A stretch of DNA of 55,038 nt, the filler included, from Haplodiscus bocki (Eukaryota), in NCBI GenBank assembly GCA_965655095.1. It is 2 parts of 2 records of this genome, joined end to end, with 100 filler letters (N's around TTAATTAATTAA, not from the genome) between each part and the next. Parts side by side here need not be neighbours in the genome. Positions count along the whole stretch, not along the records: positions 1 to 27,802 come from OZ296655.1; 1 more part is not named here. One strand, 5' to 3'. The notes below the pieces were generated by a model. It ran no database searches. It saw only the letters and a program-made list of their open reading frames with translations, and was not told the DNA's origin. Positions 14,036 through 27,799 of this stretch are shown piece by piece (position 1 is the first letter of the stretch; each line of letters begins with the position of its first letter). The position numbers and the translations under genes were made by a program.

Positions 14036-15931
14036 CTTCACTGTTTCAGGATATATTTTGGTGTTTCTCATGTGTTTTCCACTAATCTTAGACTGAAATC
14101 AAACAAGCCTAAAGGGAAAATGTAGAAAAGTTACACTCAAATTAAGCGAAGGATCTAAAAAAGACTTTTTTCATGGAAATGTGTTCGAAATTTGAATAAA
14201 CTACATCAACCTCGAGACTGTCACCACGAGAAAATCACAAAAAAACTCTCAATTCGGCGGTTTCTATTGACGGAGTTCCGACTTCTTTTGACACACATTC
14301 ATGCACATAAGTAGTATAGAAAAATGCGGATATATGAGCTTTGCTCTAATAAGCGCCTTTTTCTGTTCTGTTACTGCTTTCAACAGCACGAAAAATATCC
14401 ATTGAAAGCATACCCACCAATAAAAAGTTAAAAAACGTGCTCCTCCTCAATCACAAAAAAGTTCTTTGGTGGAAGCATGTTTCTCTACTTATTTCGTGAT
14501 GTGTATTTTTTCAAAGGATAATTTTTTTCCTTTGCAGAAATTCATAGGTTTTTCGATATTGGAATGAAACACATAGTTTACAGCAGTGGTGAATAGTTGA
14601 TATTCTTGTCGCCGCACTTTATACTGAAGTATTTTGCCTGAAATTATCTTTACTGGCCAACTCTTTCCAGCAGCATTCCTGGTAAGGAATGTAATTCAAT
14701 ACGTTTTTGTACAGATTCGCTGACGCAACACTTTTTCCCTTACCAGTGGGATATATCACTGCATCTGGGTTAATGCACCATGACTAGCATGACGGGGGAT
14801 AGGTTGTCTCGGCTTTTCAGGTGACGCTGACGAGTCAAAATTCAAAAACACGTCGTAAACCGTTAATTGAAATATTTAGGATTTGAGTTGATAATGGCTT
14901 TCTCTTTTTTCATCGATTTTAGTTCAAACTTGTATATATACTTCATTGGAACCGTTTGAGAGTGAATTAACAAAAAAGCTGTATACAATATTAATTTTTT
15001 TACCATTTTGTTGAGAAAGTTTCGAATAGCATTATTTATGAAATTGCAAAAACATCATTGCATGCAAATGTTTTTCGCGGGAACAAGATTGATCTTCCGT
15101 ACTTTTTCCGCGTACTCACAAATCATGTTTTTAATGAAGAATTGTATGTAGCAGGAAATTTGAAAAGAAGCAAGGTTATTTGAACACCAGAAGTTATTTA
15201 TAATGAGCGTCACAGCAAAAGAAATCTCGCAAAAGCCGTGTGTTCGCTGTCTAAACGTAATTCTAGATGATATTTTCAACAAAAACCTCACTAGATGAAG
15301 TTATTAGAAGCATATAAAAAAACCGATCTGATTGAAAGCGTTGATAAAATCAAATGTGAAACATGTAAAAGGAAGTTCAAAAAAGGATCAAAATTATCAA
15401 TGAAAATGTTGTCATGTTGTTTTTTCTTTTAATCAATTTAAAATATGAAACTATATCAATGTTTCATTTAGAAAACAATTGTCGTGTGGGAAGTGGTCTT
15501 TGGTTGAAATTTTTAGATGACAAAATCTTGTCATTTTCGTGGTGTGCGGCTGTTTTTGATCAATTAAACTTTTGAGTCTCAAAAATAAATTGGCGAACAT
15601 CGAGAACAAAGTTGAGCGGGTTTTCGCAAGCAAGGACTTGGTGGGTGGTTAATGAATTGTCAGCAATTTTTTTTTCAAAAAATTCAGTTCGATTAATTGA
15701 ATTTAACAAGTTTGGGATTGAATCTAACAAACTCTGCGTCAAATTTGATTGCAGATCTACAACGGGACGGTAATGTTTTGACCGCATTAACGGGTGATTT
15801 ATAACATTACTACATTTTAAAAGTAAAAGTCAAGATAATATTGTTGCATGCACTTCAAATATACGAAAAATAAAATATGCAAATGCATGTAGCTCCAATC
15901 TTAAATACTATTCGAAAACTTTTCCTCTCTG

Positions 15932-16247
15932 TGTAGGAGTTGAATTAACTTTGAGCACCACCGTTTTGCCGCGTTGTTTTGATTTATTTTGCGCTAGAAC
16001 GGAGAGCGTCGTCATCCGCTTTTTCCAGCGGTCTAATATATAAGTAATTAATTGAGTCAGCTCTAGAAATGACTAGGTTATCCGCGTAACGAAACAATCG
16101 AACGATTTGTCCTAGGCTAGTTCAGAGTTGTCAACTTGTAGAACAAAGTAAAAGGATTTAGTTGACCACTGGCTCAGCCGCGCAATCAGAGAGTTGGGTT
16201 AGGAACTAAGACTGGGTAACCCACTTCATACCGTAGCAACCGAGTCA
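15932..16247 (-). repeat. Putative 3' LTR of element A
   Basis: Minus strand starts TGACTC immediately after a polypurine tract and ends ...CTACA. TATA-like TTATATATT at ~16035-16043 and AATAAA (plus tttatt 15983-15988) are in the expected order. No second LTR is available to confirm the ends. Confidence 0.6.
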
Positions 16248-16260
16248 TCTCTCCTATTTT
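16248..16260 (-). other. Polypurine tract (PPT) of element A
   Basis: Minus strand AAAATAGGAGAGA directly abuts the LTR-initial TG. Confidence 0.6.
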
Positions 16261-16299
16261 CAGGCAAATACCATCGGATAACCAATGAAAACGATTCTG

Positions 16300-18790
16300 A
16301 CAGACGACTGGAATAGTAAATTTTTTCATCTAAGACTCAGCTTCATTAGACTTTTGGCACGACAACCCAGCAACTTCTCTTAGGTTTTGGGCATCTCCAA
16401 TTTGCTCTTAATCAGAGGGTTCATATTCAGAGCCATTTTTTTCCGTTGCACTCTTTTCAGAGACTTTTTACAAATAGACCCGACCTTAACTAACTGATTT
16501 TAATCAAGAGAGGTACACTTTTCTAGGGTTAGTTATTTCAGTACTAACAAATTGTTTCGCAAAACGGATACGTAACGAGTAGCTGATGATATTTCTTCAC
16601 AATACTCTTCTGCGAAAGAGGGAATATTCTGATAATCTTTGGATAGTAGATTTTCTATCGTTGTTCCAAAAAGGAGGAGAATTAAAGCTTCCCCGCAGAT
16701 TTACAGTTTTGAATTTCCAAAGTTTTTAGGAGTAGAAATTGAATATCTCAGAGTTTGAAGTATTTTATGAAGGTAGTCGACGGCGAACCTTTAAAAGAGT
16801 TTTGTTTTTCGTTGTTGGTGGTTCGCCGTTCAATTTCCTACACTTCAAGGCTCTGACCAGGAACAGTAAGTCTTACGCCAATGAATACCACATATGGTGG
16901 GTTGGTGATCATCTGAGTGAAGTCAAAAAATGAACTCTCAAGAGTTAAGGTGTGCCAGTCGTGAAGCAAACAGTTTGGCACCAGTCGCAGGGAGGTAGTG
17001 AAGAGAAAAACTTCGTTTAGATTCATAATAAGCAAGTGCACGACACTTTGAGGTTTCAAAAAGTGCCGTTTCAACTTCGTTACCGTTCTCCAACAACCGC
17101 TCCTTCCAACGGCAAGTAACTACCAATAACTTCTATTCAAAAGGAAAGTAAGTTTTAGGTCTTCTTAATGTCACTTTCTAATTTTAGAACGACCACTGTT
17201 TAGCGTTCTGGCTAACACGACAACTCAACCCCTTGACAAAGCATATAAATGGATTGGAGTCCTCTAAAGGAAAGGGAAAAGAAGGGATACCTGGTGAGGT
17301 GTAGGTATTGGGGAACCAAAAAACAAGAAATTTCAAGATACATATTGTTATAAAGGAGCCATCAGTTTGGTATGTGGGAAGAAGGAAGGACATCGAACCG
17401 TTGGTACAGTAAAGAAGTCGGCTAGGGCTGGTCGAGTCAGTTCCTTGGACTCAATCGGTTGGCTCCAGGCAATGAAGGGTTCAACATGATCTCGGACTCT
17501 CTGCTTGATGGTCTTTGAAACGGGCTATGGCAAAATGTCATCGTGGTCAGCTGAGTGTATAGATGGAGAGACAAAAACCATGTTTTAATGACAGCAGCAA
17601 ACCCATAAGGATAAAATTCGAAATAAGAAAATTAACCAAAGGGATGACGGCCAAAAATTGGGCTGCGGATTTGGGTAATTGGAGCGTTTTCCCGCCCAAA
17701 CATCAAGTACTACAGTTTTGCGGAATCAAAAATAAAATTTATGAAAGAGATTTTCCACAAAAAAAGGTAAATTACAATGTTCGAACTGGACAAATCTGGT
17801 TGCTCATGATTGACTCCTACTTTTGCAAGTACTGTAGGCACAAATTAAGTTTGTAAAATTCAGCAGAGAAGCATTTCTCTTGATTCTTTATTTTTTTTCA
17901 AGTTCCATTTGAGAAGCAGTTTTATCAATTTTTTCAAGCTGGGGTTGCAGGAGAGCGGAGTCTCATTGTAAACGTTGGACCAATTGTTTGAGAATTGCTC
18001 ATTCTAGCTATTCAGTTTCCACGTAGTTGCAGTGTTGCAAGCAAGTCGAATACATAAGTTTTTGCAGGTGTTGATTTTCCATACCCATCTGGAGGATGGA
18101 ATTGCCTGGAGAACGTGGGCGCCTCTGGAATCACAATTGAACCAAGGAGCAAATATTTCATTGTAATTAACTCGCAATTGGAGCTGTTCAAGTCAGATAA
18201 GCAGCCAGAAATTGTGATATAGAAGTTACTGTTACGACTGAGTTGTTATTGCTCGGAGCAAGCCACTGAGAAGGAAGAAGAGTGCTCTTAATTGTGAAAT
18301 CTTGTCGGTAGCTAACCAAAAAACAAGTTCACAGAAACGAGAACTTATCACCGCTCCGGCCTGACGAGCGAAGTGCTCTCATTTTTGCTGTCGTGCAATT
18401 GCAAATCTGCCCAAATTTTCATGATTCCTGTTTGTATGTCTTTGCATGCAATGAAGTTGTCTTTTGGATCGGTCATGTGCATCGCAAGAAGATGAAATTC
18501 GTGCTCGAGCGTCCCCAACAGAAGATTGAAAAACAGCTTGTTGCGATTGAAGAGTGATGGCAATTGTAATAGTACAAGTTGCAAATGTAAGTAACAGTTA
18601 GAACCTTGGGTCGTTTATACGGTATCAGACTGTGCATCAGGAGAAGCAGGATTAGATGGGATAATAGTCGATGGAGGCTGAAGAATTGTCACAACAGGTT
18701 CTAATTGTTGCCCCGGATTTGATGGCATCCAAGTAGGGAAATCCAATTCGATGTCGATCAAGACAGGCAAAGAGTCTTCATTTTCCCTCT
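16300..18790 (-). pseudogene. Decayed accessory ORFs (about three) between env and PPT of element A
   Basis: Same-strand ORF fragments 18348-18584 (preceded in frame by Pro-rich EDSLPVLIDIELDFPTWMPSNPGQQLEPVV), 17184-17393 and 16838-17126, separated by short AT-rich spacers. No domain recognised. Confidence 0.4.
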
Positions 18791-18825
18791 GTTTAAACTC
18801 TAAAAATTAAAAAACAACATAAGTG

Positions 18826-20593
18826 TTAAAATTGACGTAAACCGGTAACAATGGTAGTGTTACCGTGCTCATCGCTGGGTAGAGGTGCTCTTCTTTCTTT
18901 TCCGCACCCTCTTTTACCTTCCCTACCAAATTCGACAAATGAACCCACCTCCATATGCTCAATAGCAGCTAGTGCTGGAGCAAGAGGAATTCACATGGAA
19001 CTTGAAATAATTGTCAGTAAAGGTTTTAAGAGGTGCTCAACAGGGTCCTATCAAAGCCTAGAGTAGAGACTGTGATTTTTTTGAGTTCCATGTATGGCAA
19101 TATCATAACTATCATGTCAATATTAAGTTTTACGAACAGAAACAGTGAAAAGTCTATTTGACAAGGTTCCAGTATATGAAAGACAGTTCCAAACGTATCG
19201 AAGAATTGGTCTTTGAAGTATGCTGTGGGATCATCTTATCAACAAAGAGCTTGGTACATGCAGTGCAGTAGCGAGAGTTGTCTGCTCTTTCTTGGTCAGT
19301 AGTGTTTTTTAAAAAAAATAGCGAAAAGTTTTTTAGTCCGGTCCTTAAAGCGGCCTTGATAAACATGCTGTCCCAAAATCCTGGAAGCTCATTAAAATAT
19401 ATATCTCGGAACCTAGCGATTCAGTAAAAGAATGAAAGGCAATCGGCTTAGTACCCTGAGGCCCGACGATTGCAGTTTGGTCGCGGTGTACGATGACAGG
19501 TGTCAGTGATTACCAAGTATCTTGCTGATCCGTGTCGAGTCGGAACAGGTTCTCGATACAGTCAGAGCAGTTCTGAACAGTTGCATGGAGATAAATTTGT
19601 CGAGTAATAATATCAAAAAATTGAATTTTCCCGTTGTAAATTATTCGGATTTTGTCATAGCATTGTTTCATGGTGTGAATAGAAGAGTGAACTTTTGGGC
19701 AGTGGTAAAGCCATGTTACATTTCCATCAGTTTCGGAGAACATTGATCGGTTCCCGGTAAGCAAGTAACCTGCCAAGCCACGGTTTTTAAGAGCTAGTAT
19801 TAAATTAGTTAGAAATTTAGTTCGTTCCTGCTCACATTGGTTCTGCAATTGTTACATTTTCGTTTCTTGGAGTAACCGCGAGCTCCGAAAGAGTAGATAG
19901 TCAATCTTCATTCCGAGACGCGTTCCGTAGTTGATATTCAAATCCTTGTCGGGGTCTTCTGTCTGTGACCATTGTGTTCCTACTAACTGATGATCGTGAT
20001 CAAACAGTCGACCGAAATCTCCCTTCTCCTTGGGCCCCAGATATTGCTGAATCTTAGTTGCTCCGTTTTTGTCAAGACCCAACCTACTTCGCGTATCCGT
20101 ACCAAAGCCTTCGCTTATGCGGTCCATATAAAAAGTATCATAAGCTGTAAGGTATATAGTAGTAGGCTTCCCGCAAGCTTTATTGAATGATCGAGCAAGG
20201 TGAAATCTTTTCCTTCTGCTAAAGATTGACATTGTTCGAGAGAGATTACTAAGTCACTCATAATACCCGCAATGGTATGGTCAATGCTACTGTGGTCGTA
20301 CTGTCCACGTTGCTATTTTTCGCATTGATGTTGTACAGAGTATTTTGTTGCATTCAGTTCTTTTTGCAACTGTTTGGTTTAGAGCACAAACCTGACTTTA
20401 TAACTTCTAGTTCTTCTGGTAGATTGTGGCATCGTTTCACTTGATTTAAGGCAGAAAGAGTGTTTTCCGTCATTTCACTGCAATCGAAACTAACTATTTC
20501 TGGAGCTGGGGAAAACTGGTGTTCAACTGGGGTTAAATTGAAAACCATCTCGACCGTAAGCGCGAGGGTTTGAAAAAAGAAAAGCTTCACCAC
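18826..20593 (-). pseudogene. env: env: class III-type (chuvirus G / herpesvirus gB-like) envelope glycoprotein, with stops and frameshifts
   Basis: Hydrophobic N-terminus, then SFDCSEMTENTLSALNQVKRCH; QHQCEK*QRGQYDHSSIDH...EQCQSL; QCEQERTKFLTNLILAL...LAGYLL...WLYHCPKV...CYDKIRIIYNGKIQFFDIITRQ...C; C-terminal membrane region DTFGTVFHILEP...FSLFLFVKLNIDMIVMIL. This Cys and motif layout matches what I recognise from chuvirus-like glycoproteins. Confidence 0.75.
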
Positions 20594-20619
20594 TAGTTTA
20601 ATTAGCGGAAAATGTATCT

Positions 20620-23340
20620 CTATTATTCTGGAGGGTAGCCAAGAAAAAATGAAAAATGAATTTCAAAAAGGACAAAGGAATAAGACCGTTTCGTCAAAAA
20701 GGTGCCAAATGGGGTTTTTCTAACCTCTATTTTTGAGTTGAAGTTCTCATAACTACCATTCAAACGTTTCGAACAAGACTGTCTATTGCTGAGAGTCAAA
20801 TATTGACAATAGGGAATGAATTCTGTCACCAGTTGCTCCTGCAGTGGGTTAGTTTCACTGAAAAAGGTGAACTTGGTGAATTCCACCGAAGACCAAAGAC
20901 GACAGAAGATTGATTGGTTCTTCCGTATCCTACTTCATCAGTTTTTTCGATGTTCCGCGTTGGGATTGTCGTACACCTCTGCCTGTTTTTTTAATTGGCT
21001 TCTCCACTTCTCCTCAAACAATTATCTCCAGATAATTTCCAAATACACTTGAGGCTTAGCTCGAATGTCATGAACTTTTCCACCCGTTTTACGCAAAATT
21101 CTGGATTACACTCTTCATTTGCTCTGGTGGCAGGTTAAATCAGAATTTTTTAATGAAAAAAGTAGTGAGCTGGCATTTTAGGGCGGCACTTAAAATTGAC
21201 TTTTTTCAGCTGTCTAACTCTTCCCGTCTTTTTTTGAATACCGCAGTTGCTGGGTTGTAAGTTAGGTGTTCAATAAGATAAGAATCAACCGTAAATTCAC
21301 GCAACATTTTGGTCTCAAGGTCGTTATGACTGTTCAACTGTTTCGATTCTTGCTTTTAATTTCTTCTGGGGGGTTTTCTGAGGGTCCTCTAAAAAGGATT
21401 ACTGATGTATTCTTTTGATACACTTGAATATCACTGGTATCCCAGTTGCAATGGCTTCTGTTTTAATGTCGAAACTCTCCGTAACTTAACTATAGGTTGT
21501 TCTTATAAGAGCAAAAATGTATCCATTAACATTGAAGAATATTAGTGTCATCTAGCGTATGACTATCCCGAATGATTGAGTACTAACAGTCGGCATTGCT
21601 AATAGTTTAATAGTTGAGTTGCGTCTTCTGGATTGTCGCGTACCGTTAAGTACATAGCACATCTGAGAACGATGCGTCAGTTTAAACTCAGTTTTAAACC
21701 TTTCATAAGGTAAATAATTAATTTTTAAGAAAATTAATTGAAATCAGGTTGAGTGTGAAAGATTCTTTATTCATTCGATCTATGCGTTTAATTGTAAGCG
21801 GTATCAAGCAAAACTAATAAACGGAATCGTGCAATTTTTTTTCATTTTCTATTCTTTTTCTATTCCTTCTTGCATTCTGCTTTGCTTATCACAGCAAGGC
21901 CTTCCGGGGAAAAGCGTGGAAAAATATTCCGGGTACGGAGTAAAGAAGCTCGAGCATGGAGCTATAGAATGATTGATTGAAGAGAGGAGGAGGGTGAGAA
22001 GGAAGCGGGTAAACAGGGGTTCGGTTCTTGTTGTGTAGTTACTTCGTGTGTTTTTCTATTGGCTGTTACAGGATGGCAGAACCGCCGTCTGTTGTCCAGG
22101 AGGTGGAAGAGTAGGACAAAATCCATCTGCTCAGGGAGCCCCAACTCTCCCAAGCTACTGCAGAAGAGTCTCTTCGCCGCTCACTTTACATTTTCAGCGA
22201 GCCAGCAATCTTAGGGAATGAAGGCTGGAGAGTCTTCGAAAGATATCATCGGGGCAACGGTGATGTACCAGTGTTGGCACGGTTCTGGAGCTTTCTAGAA
22301 AGACTACACGAATGAAATCTGGGCTGCGTTGTCCTGTCCGGGTCCGATGAGATTTTCTTGTTCGAACTCCCAGCAATCCCCACCGGGTATCTCGGCCCCA
22401 CAACGGAGCAGAGCGAAGAGTTTGTTCTGGTCATAAACAACTGGCCAGTTTTTTTTTCTGGACGTTGTTTTGGTCCTCGGTGGAAGCTGGGGGCTTTCTT
22501 TGCCTGGAGTGAACAACTCCTGCTGGCGGGGTTATCCTTCCCCGTGGGCTTCGTCTGTTATGGTTCTATCTGAACTATCCATTGTAATAGGATTGCACAA
22601 ATGATTCATATTTATGAAGACTAAAATGAAAAATTAAACGTTGAAATCGTTGTCCCTTGTTTCTGGCCCTACGGTAGGATTAGCAGAAAAAGAATGAAGA
22701 AAGAATCGCTTAGTATGAAAAAAGTCAAGAATTCAACCATTATCGGTTCTGAATTCTGAAGAGTGATAACACAAAAGCTCATAGAGGCTCGTCAAAACCG
22801 GAAAATCAAGTTCGACTTGCATATTACGTTTCCGTGTGAGGTTAGATTGGGCTCTATACAGAGACGAAACACGCACGAACAATTTGTGTTGAATAGCTCC
22901 AGTTTACTTTGGAATGAAGAACCGTGTCTAGTGCTAAATCGAGTCAAACTGAAATAGATGTCCACAGCCAGTCAGGATAATTTTTTTTGACATTCAGGCT
23001 TTTGCGTTAAGTGAAAAGAGAACAAAAACAAAATTGAGATTAATTGTGAGAACGAAAAGAATGAACTCTGCTAACTTTGAACGGATTTTTGCAGTAGAAT
23101 AACATCTGTAACCCTGACGGGTGAGAGTGCCGAGGACCGATGGAGAAATGGGTTGGCTTGGCTGAGATCTGTGGGACTCTGGTTCTTTTGGTTTAGCGTG
23201 TCGGATGTTTCGTAAAAATTGTTGTATCGGAGTGAGTGGGCTGGTTACAGCCGAAGTTGATTGCCCATTAACTGTTTTCTTCGACTGTAGAGGCAAATTT
23301 TCAGGTGTAAGAGGTAGAGCAGGCCAAAAAATTTGAGTTG
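20620..23340 (-). pseudogene. Decayed ORF remnants between pol and env of element A (possible pol C-terminal tail plus 2 accessory ORFs)
   Basis: Same-strand fragments 22994-23296 (S/P/T-rich), 22304-22516 continuing to 21962-22153, and 20623-20886. No RNase H or integrase motifs seen. Confidence 0.35.
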
Positions 23341-23357
23341 AGCCAACCCCGAAGTCA

Positions 23358-25700
23358 GAACCCTCCGGATGAGACGAAATGTCCCAGAAACTTCACTTTT
23401 TCGAGAAAGAATAATGTCCTCGCTGGAGCTGCTTTCAGAACTGCTTTCCTGAGCAGTTTATGGTACTCCTAAATAATCGTGAACACTTCGCCGTTGTTCT
23501 GTGACCGCAATCTGGTGTCCTTTCTGTAGATAATTGCTTGTTTTTTTTTATAAGCGGCTCAAAATAGACTTTCATCATGCAGTTAAAAAAAATGGCAATG
23601 CACATAGTCCATAGAAACCTCTTGTATAGGTATACTATCTGCCGCCACTAATAAAACTCGTTAGTTTCCGAGTTTCGAGTCTCAGTGGTACTTGGTGGTA
23701 GGCGGAGGAAAGATCACTGATTGAGAGAAATTTATCGTTTGCTAGGGTCATTATCATTTGTACAGGTTAAATAGGCCAGTTGTAGTTAGCGAGGTCTGTT
23801 ATCGAATTCAGGAACCGTGCTTCTATGACCAGTCTCACATAGTCACTTCTGGGCATCAGGATGACAGGATTAACAATAAACGATCCCATTTCGTCGTTGT
23901 CTCCCATTTCTCCTATGATGTCTGCATTTTTGAGCTCAGTTACAATGTTCTCTCGAATTTCCTTTTCAATTACAGAGGTACCTTGCTCCATCTCTGCCTT
24001 TTCAATTCGACATTTGGTTTCAACGTTAACTTAAAATTCTGACGAGTTTCACCAACATCGAACTTCTGTTGTGTGTAGACATCCCGCGAATCAATGAGCA
24101 TGTCGGTGAGGATGGTCATCTCTTCATCAGCAATTTCAGACAACTGAAAGTCTTATTCTTTCACATATTGTTCAGGTTCTTTTGGCTGGTATTGAAAAAA
24201 AAATATTCAATTAGATGAAAATTATATTCCTTTTTACACAAGGTAAGTATTTGTTCATCACATGGTGGCTGAGACGATTTATACTCTCTGGTGGAGTGTG
24301 TTTCCAAATCTCTATCGCTCAAGTAGAACTCTTCAATATATTCTTCTATTTCATCGTCCGCATAGAAGTCAGGGCCTCCTCCTGAGGACAAGGCATGTAC
24401 TCCGTTCTCCTCAAACGTACACACTACTACTAATTGGATATCCGAAAAGGAGAAAATATTTCTCAACTGCTTTGCTCCCTCTTGCAAGTTCATTTTATCG
24501 AGTCCACTTCGAAATTTAGGAATTGTACTGGTCGAGATTCCATACGGTTGTGCATAAGATTTCATTCCCTCTAGAGTTAAAGATGAACTATTCAGTTTAA
24601 GTTTTTCAGAAAATCTAAGTTTAGTCACTAGGTTATAGATATACCGATTACTCGTTCGGTCTCAGAAGGGAAAAACTTGGCCCATTGACAGTCGTATTCG
24701 TCTGCAGGCATTTCTCAGGCCAGGAATTCGTTGTGAAAGTAATTCGGCAAATCCCCCGCTCGTTTTAGCGTCGGCTGAGATGCAACATCCGATAGAGTTG
24801 CGCTGCTCTATTATTGAATTTCCATTTCCGTGAAACATTTGGTTAAAAAATCGTCTGAAGACTTAGCAGGATTTGTTGAGTGTTAGGGAAGAGAGATTTT
24901 ATACTTGTCGTCTGAGGCTAATATGGCATTGGATAATTCAAATGGTTTCCTGATTTGGCACTTGGGGTCTTCTTCATCGATTATATCCATAACAAAAATC
25001 CTGTTCGCCCTTTAGGAAGCTATACTTGATTGTTTTTCTTATTCTTAATCCCAATCGGACGAGGACGTTCAGACCGAGTAAAATTGATGTTAACAAAATT
25101 ATGACCTGTGGATACTGCTACCCGGTTAAGCTCGAAATTTGATCCAGGAGTAAATAGAGGTTTCGGATCTTCAGGTGAGTTCTTCCAACATCTGGTCAAA
25201 TTAGCATCAACGTGCGTAGTGTAAGGTAATCGGACAGTTAGAAATCGAGAAGCGTTCGGAAAAATTATGTTCTGATGAAAACTACCATAACAAAAGAGTT
25301 CTTGGAGGCTGTTGTAGTTCAATACCTTTCAAATTGAAATGAATTCTGGATGCTTGGGTTTGACAGATTTTCATCCCTAAGAAGTTTTGACTTTTTCTTT
25401 CTGTTATCCACACAGTTAGCGAAAAGGAGTTAAGGTCGTAGCTAAAAATCCTTGTGAAATAGCCGATCATTAGTACTAATTGTCCCGAATTTATTTTGAT
25501 TAGTTCGTTACTTTTGTGATCTGTGATGGCATGTAGAATTTGAGAAACAGCCAAAAAGATCCGAAAAATTATAATTCAACAAATAGGTACACTATCTAGC
25601 AAGAATTTGCTTTCCATTCCACTATCTTTTTGTTCGTCTCGGGTGGCAGACAAAAAATTTTGAAACTATTACTTGGGCTACTGGATCGACCAGAGCCAGA
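23358..25700 (-). pseudogene. pol: pol (protease + reverse transcriptase) of element A; RNase H and integrase absent
   Basis: Protease FLLDSV (~25595) and NFLGM; RT NPVILMPRSDYVRLVIEARFLNS, DLSSAYHQVPL, QAIIYRKD (decayed YxDD, ~23520), LKAAPARTLFFLEKVKFLGHFVSSGG, then an abrupt loss of homology at ~23358. Confidence 0.85.
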
Positions 25701-25715
25701 TTTTGGAGACCTCAT

Positions 25716-27170
25716 TAATTTAGCGAGCAGATGTCCGACAGATCTTTGATCGAGTTGTCCATTGTAGCAAAACGGACTGCATTAGAGCTGGGCTGTTCGT
25801 TGGTTCGATTAAATTTTTGTCCATAGTGGAAAAAGTCACTAAGTCCCTCACCATTAGATTCTAGGAATACTGAGTTATCAGGTGTACTAAAGCATGAGGA
25901 CTGTCGGGTTCCTGGGTTTTGTTGGGGTCCCGTCTTGAACCAAAAGGAGAACGCGGAAAGGTTCCAATTATTTGCCTGGTTCTGATCATCGGAGTTCCGG
26001 TAGAAGCATTCCGGTGAAAAGTGTCGTCTTTTCTGTTGGTAAATTGAATCTGATATCCATCAGTTGGTCGTAAACGACCTGAATTGAACGAGTCTTTCAG
26101 GTGAAATTATCCCAAACATTTCGTGGGTAAGACTGTGTAGCTCCTTCTTAGGCTGATTAATGTGCGTGAGTTTTGTCCCTCCTAGTTTTTTTTCTGTTTC
26201 CAGTATTGTTATTTTTGAACTGTCCAGATCCAAGACTAGGTGCTTTGTTGTTTGTTATACTCATTTGTGAACATCACAGGTTTTTCAGCCATTGTTCCAT
26301 TCTGTACTCTCGTGACTTCTTCTTGTCCAAATTTTTTCTCATACCAGATTGGGTTGTGTTGAGTCCAGCAATACTTGCAAATACTTGTAGCGTTTTGTCG
26401 GCCCTTCTGATTAAGGTCGGGTTGTCGTGAGGCTTCCAGTTCGGTCACTCGGTGTTCCTGAAGTTGTGAACGAAGATTTTTCAATTCTTGACCTAATGAG
26501 GCCAATTCAACCTTAGTTTGACCTTCATCGTTGAGATAAATTGAAGAAACCTAACAATTCACATCTCTTTGAATGATTCATGTGGATATATTATCCCATT
26601 TTTTGTTAGATTTCTACTTCAATAAATTTTGAGCTTCCGGTTCTCGTTCTCTTGGTCGAGCTCCTCGTAGAGTGTAATAAAGATACCGTTGTCGTTCCTG
26701 CATTTCTGGGGCCTGTGTTGTTGCAGCTCTATCACCTTCAGCGATGCTTTCCATATTGTAGCCATCCCTTGTTAACAATCGTTTTTATTCGAAGTAGGAA
26801 ATTTTTCTGTCGCCTCGCACACAGTGTTACACCTCCCTTGTCAGTCGAAATTTGGTTCGCCAGTCAGAAACTTGGGTTATGAACTACTCTTCACGGGTGG
26901 CTGCAATTGTGGTAGTATTCTCAATATTGTTTTCATACCAATTTGCTGCAGGTGCCTGGAGTAGAGAGGAGAAGAATGCTTTTTGCGGAAAGTTTAGGTA
27001 GCCAAAACATCAGCATCTACTGGTGCGTCTGCGAAAGCAAAGTTCATCTATCCTTCAACAGGTGGAACAAAAGGTTCAGCATCCTGATCGAGATCACTGC
27101 CAAAGAACTTGTCTATGGTTAAATCGAGTTCAGCAAGATGAGCGTTAGCCACATTGTTAATCTAGTTTAC
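25716..27170 (-). pseudogene. gag: gag of element A
   Basis: IDKFFGSDLDQDAEPF...FSSLLQAPAANWYE (retrotransposon capsid-like); coiled coil MASLGQELKNLRSQLQEH; decayed zinc knuckle CKYCWTQHNPIWY (ORF 26236-26505); lies directly upstream of the protease. Confidence 0.75.
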
Positions 27171-27239
27171 TTCATGTTACAAAGAGTCCATTGATTCACC
27201 ATAAACATGATGCTTATAGTCAATTAAATGAGGTAACCG

Positions 27240-27799
27240 TAGTAAACTCAGGAGGGCCTCTGTTTAGGATTTGAATAATGGATGCGGTTCATCTGTGTCC
27301 AGTGGTTGATGGATATCAGTATTTCTTTGAGGATGGATTTTTACCAGTAACCAAAAATCGTAATTGAAAGTCCAATTGATGTAAGTGATATTGAACGTGA
27401 TACTTTCGTTGACTGAAGTGATGGTCCAGGGGCATGTGGAGTGTGGCATTTCATCAAATTCGTCGTCACCGAAAATAATTCAAACGACTGGGTTTGGTTG
27501 GCCAGATAAGGTATTCAAACTCGGTTGTCAATTTCTGTGACGAGTTGTAATACTTCAACTACGGATGACAGATATCCATATATCATAAAAAAATAGAAAG
27601 AATCGCTAGGAATAGAAAGTACAAGAATATTAGGGAACTTTGTCTCATTTAGGAGAGCTGAAACAGTAGGGTACAAAAAAGTTGAATTTTGGCAGTTCCG
27701 CGAGGTCCGCGTTACGGAACTTTTCTCAAAAAGCATAAAAAACAAAAAGATCTTTAATTTTATAGGCAATCGCGTCCCAGATCGTAAACTGGAAATCAA
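27240..27799 (-). pseudogene. Extra ORF (ORF0) upstream of gag in element A
   Basis: ORF fragments 27515-27799 and 27264-27449 on the element strand, 5' of gag. No recognisable domain. Confidence 0.35.

Noticed and set aside
14200-15400. Possible P-element/THAP9-like remnant (FIGGYA on the minus strand)
   Set aside because: A single short motif is insufficient.
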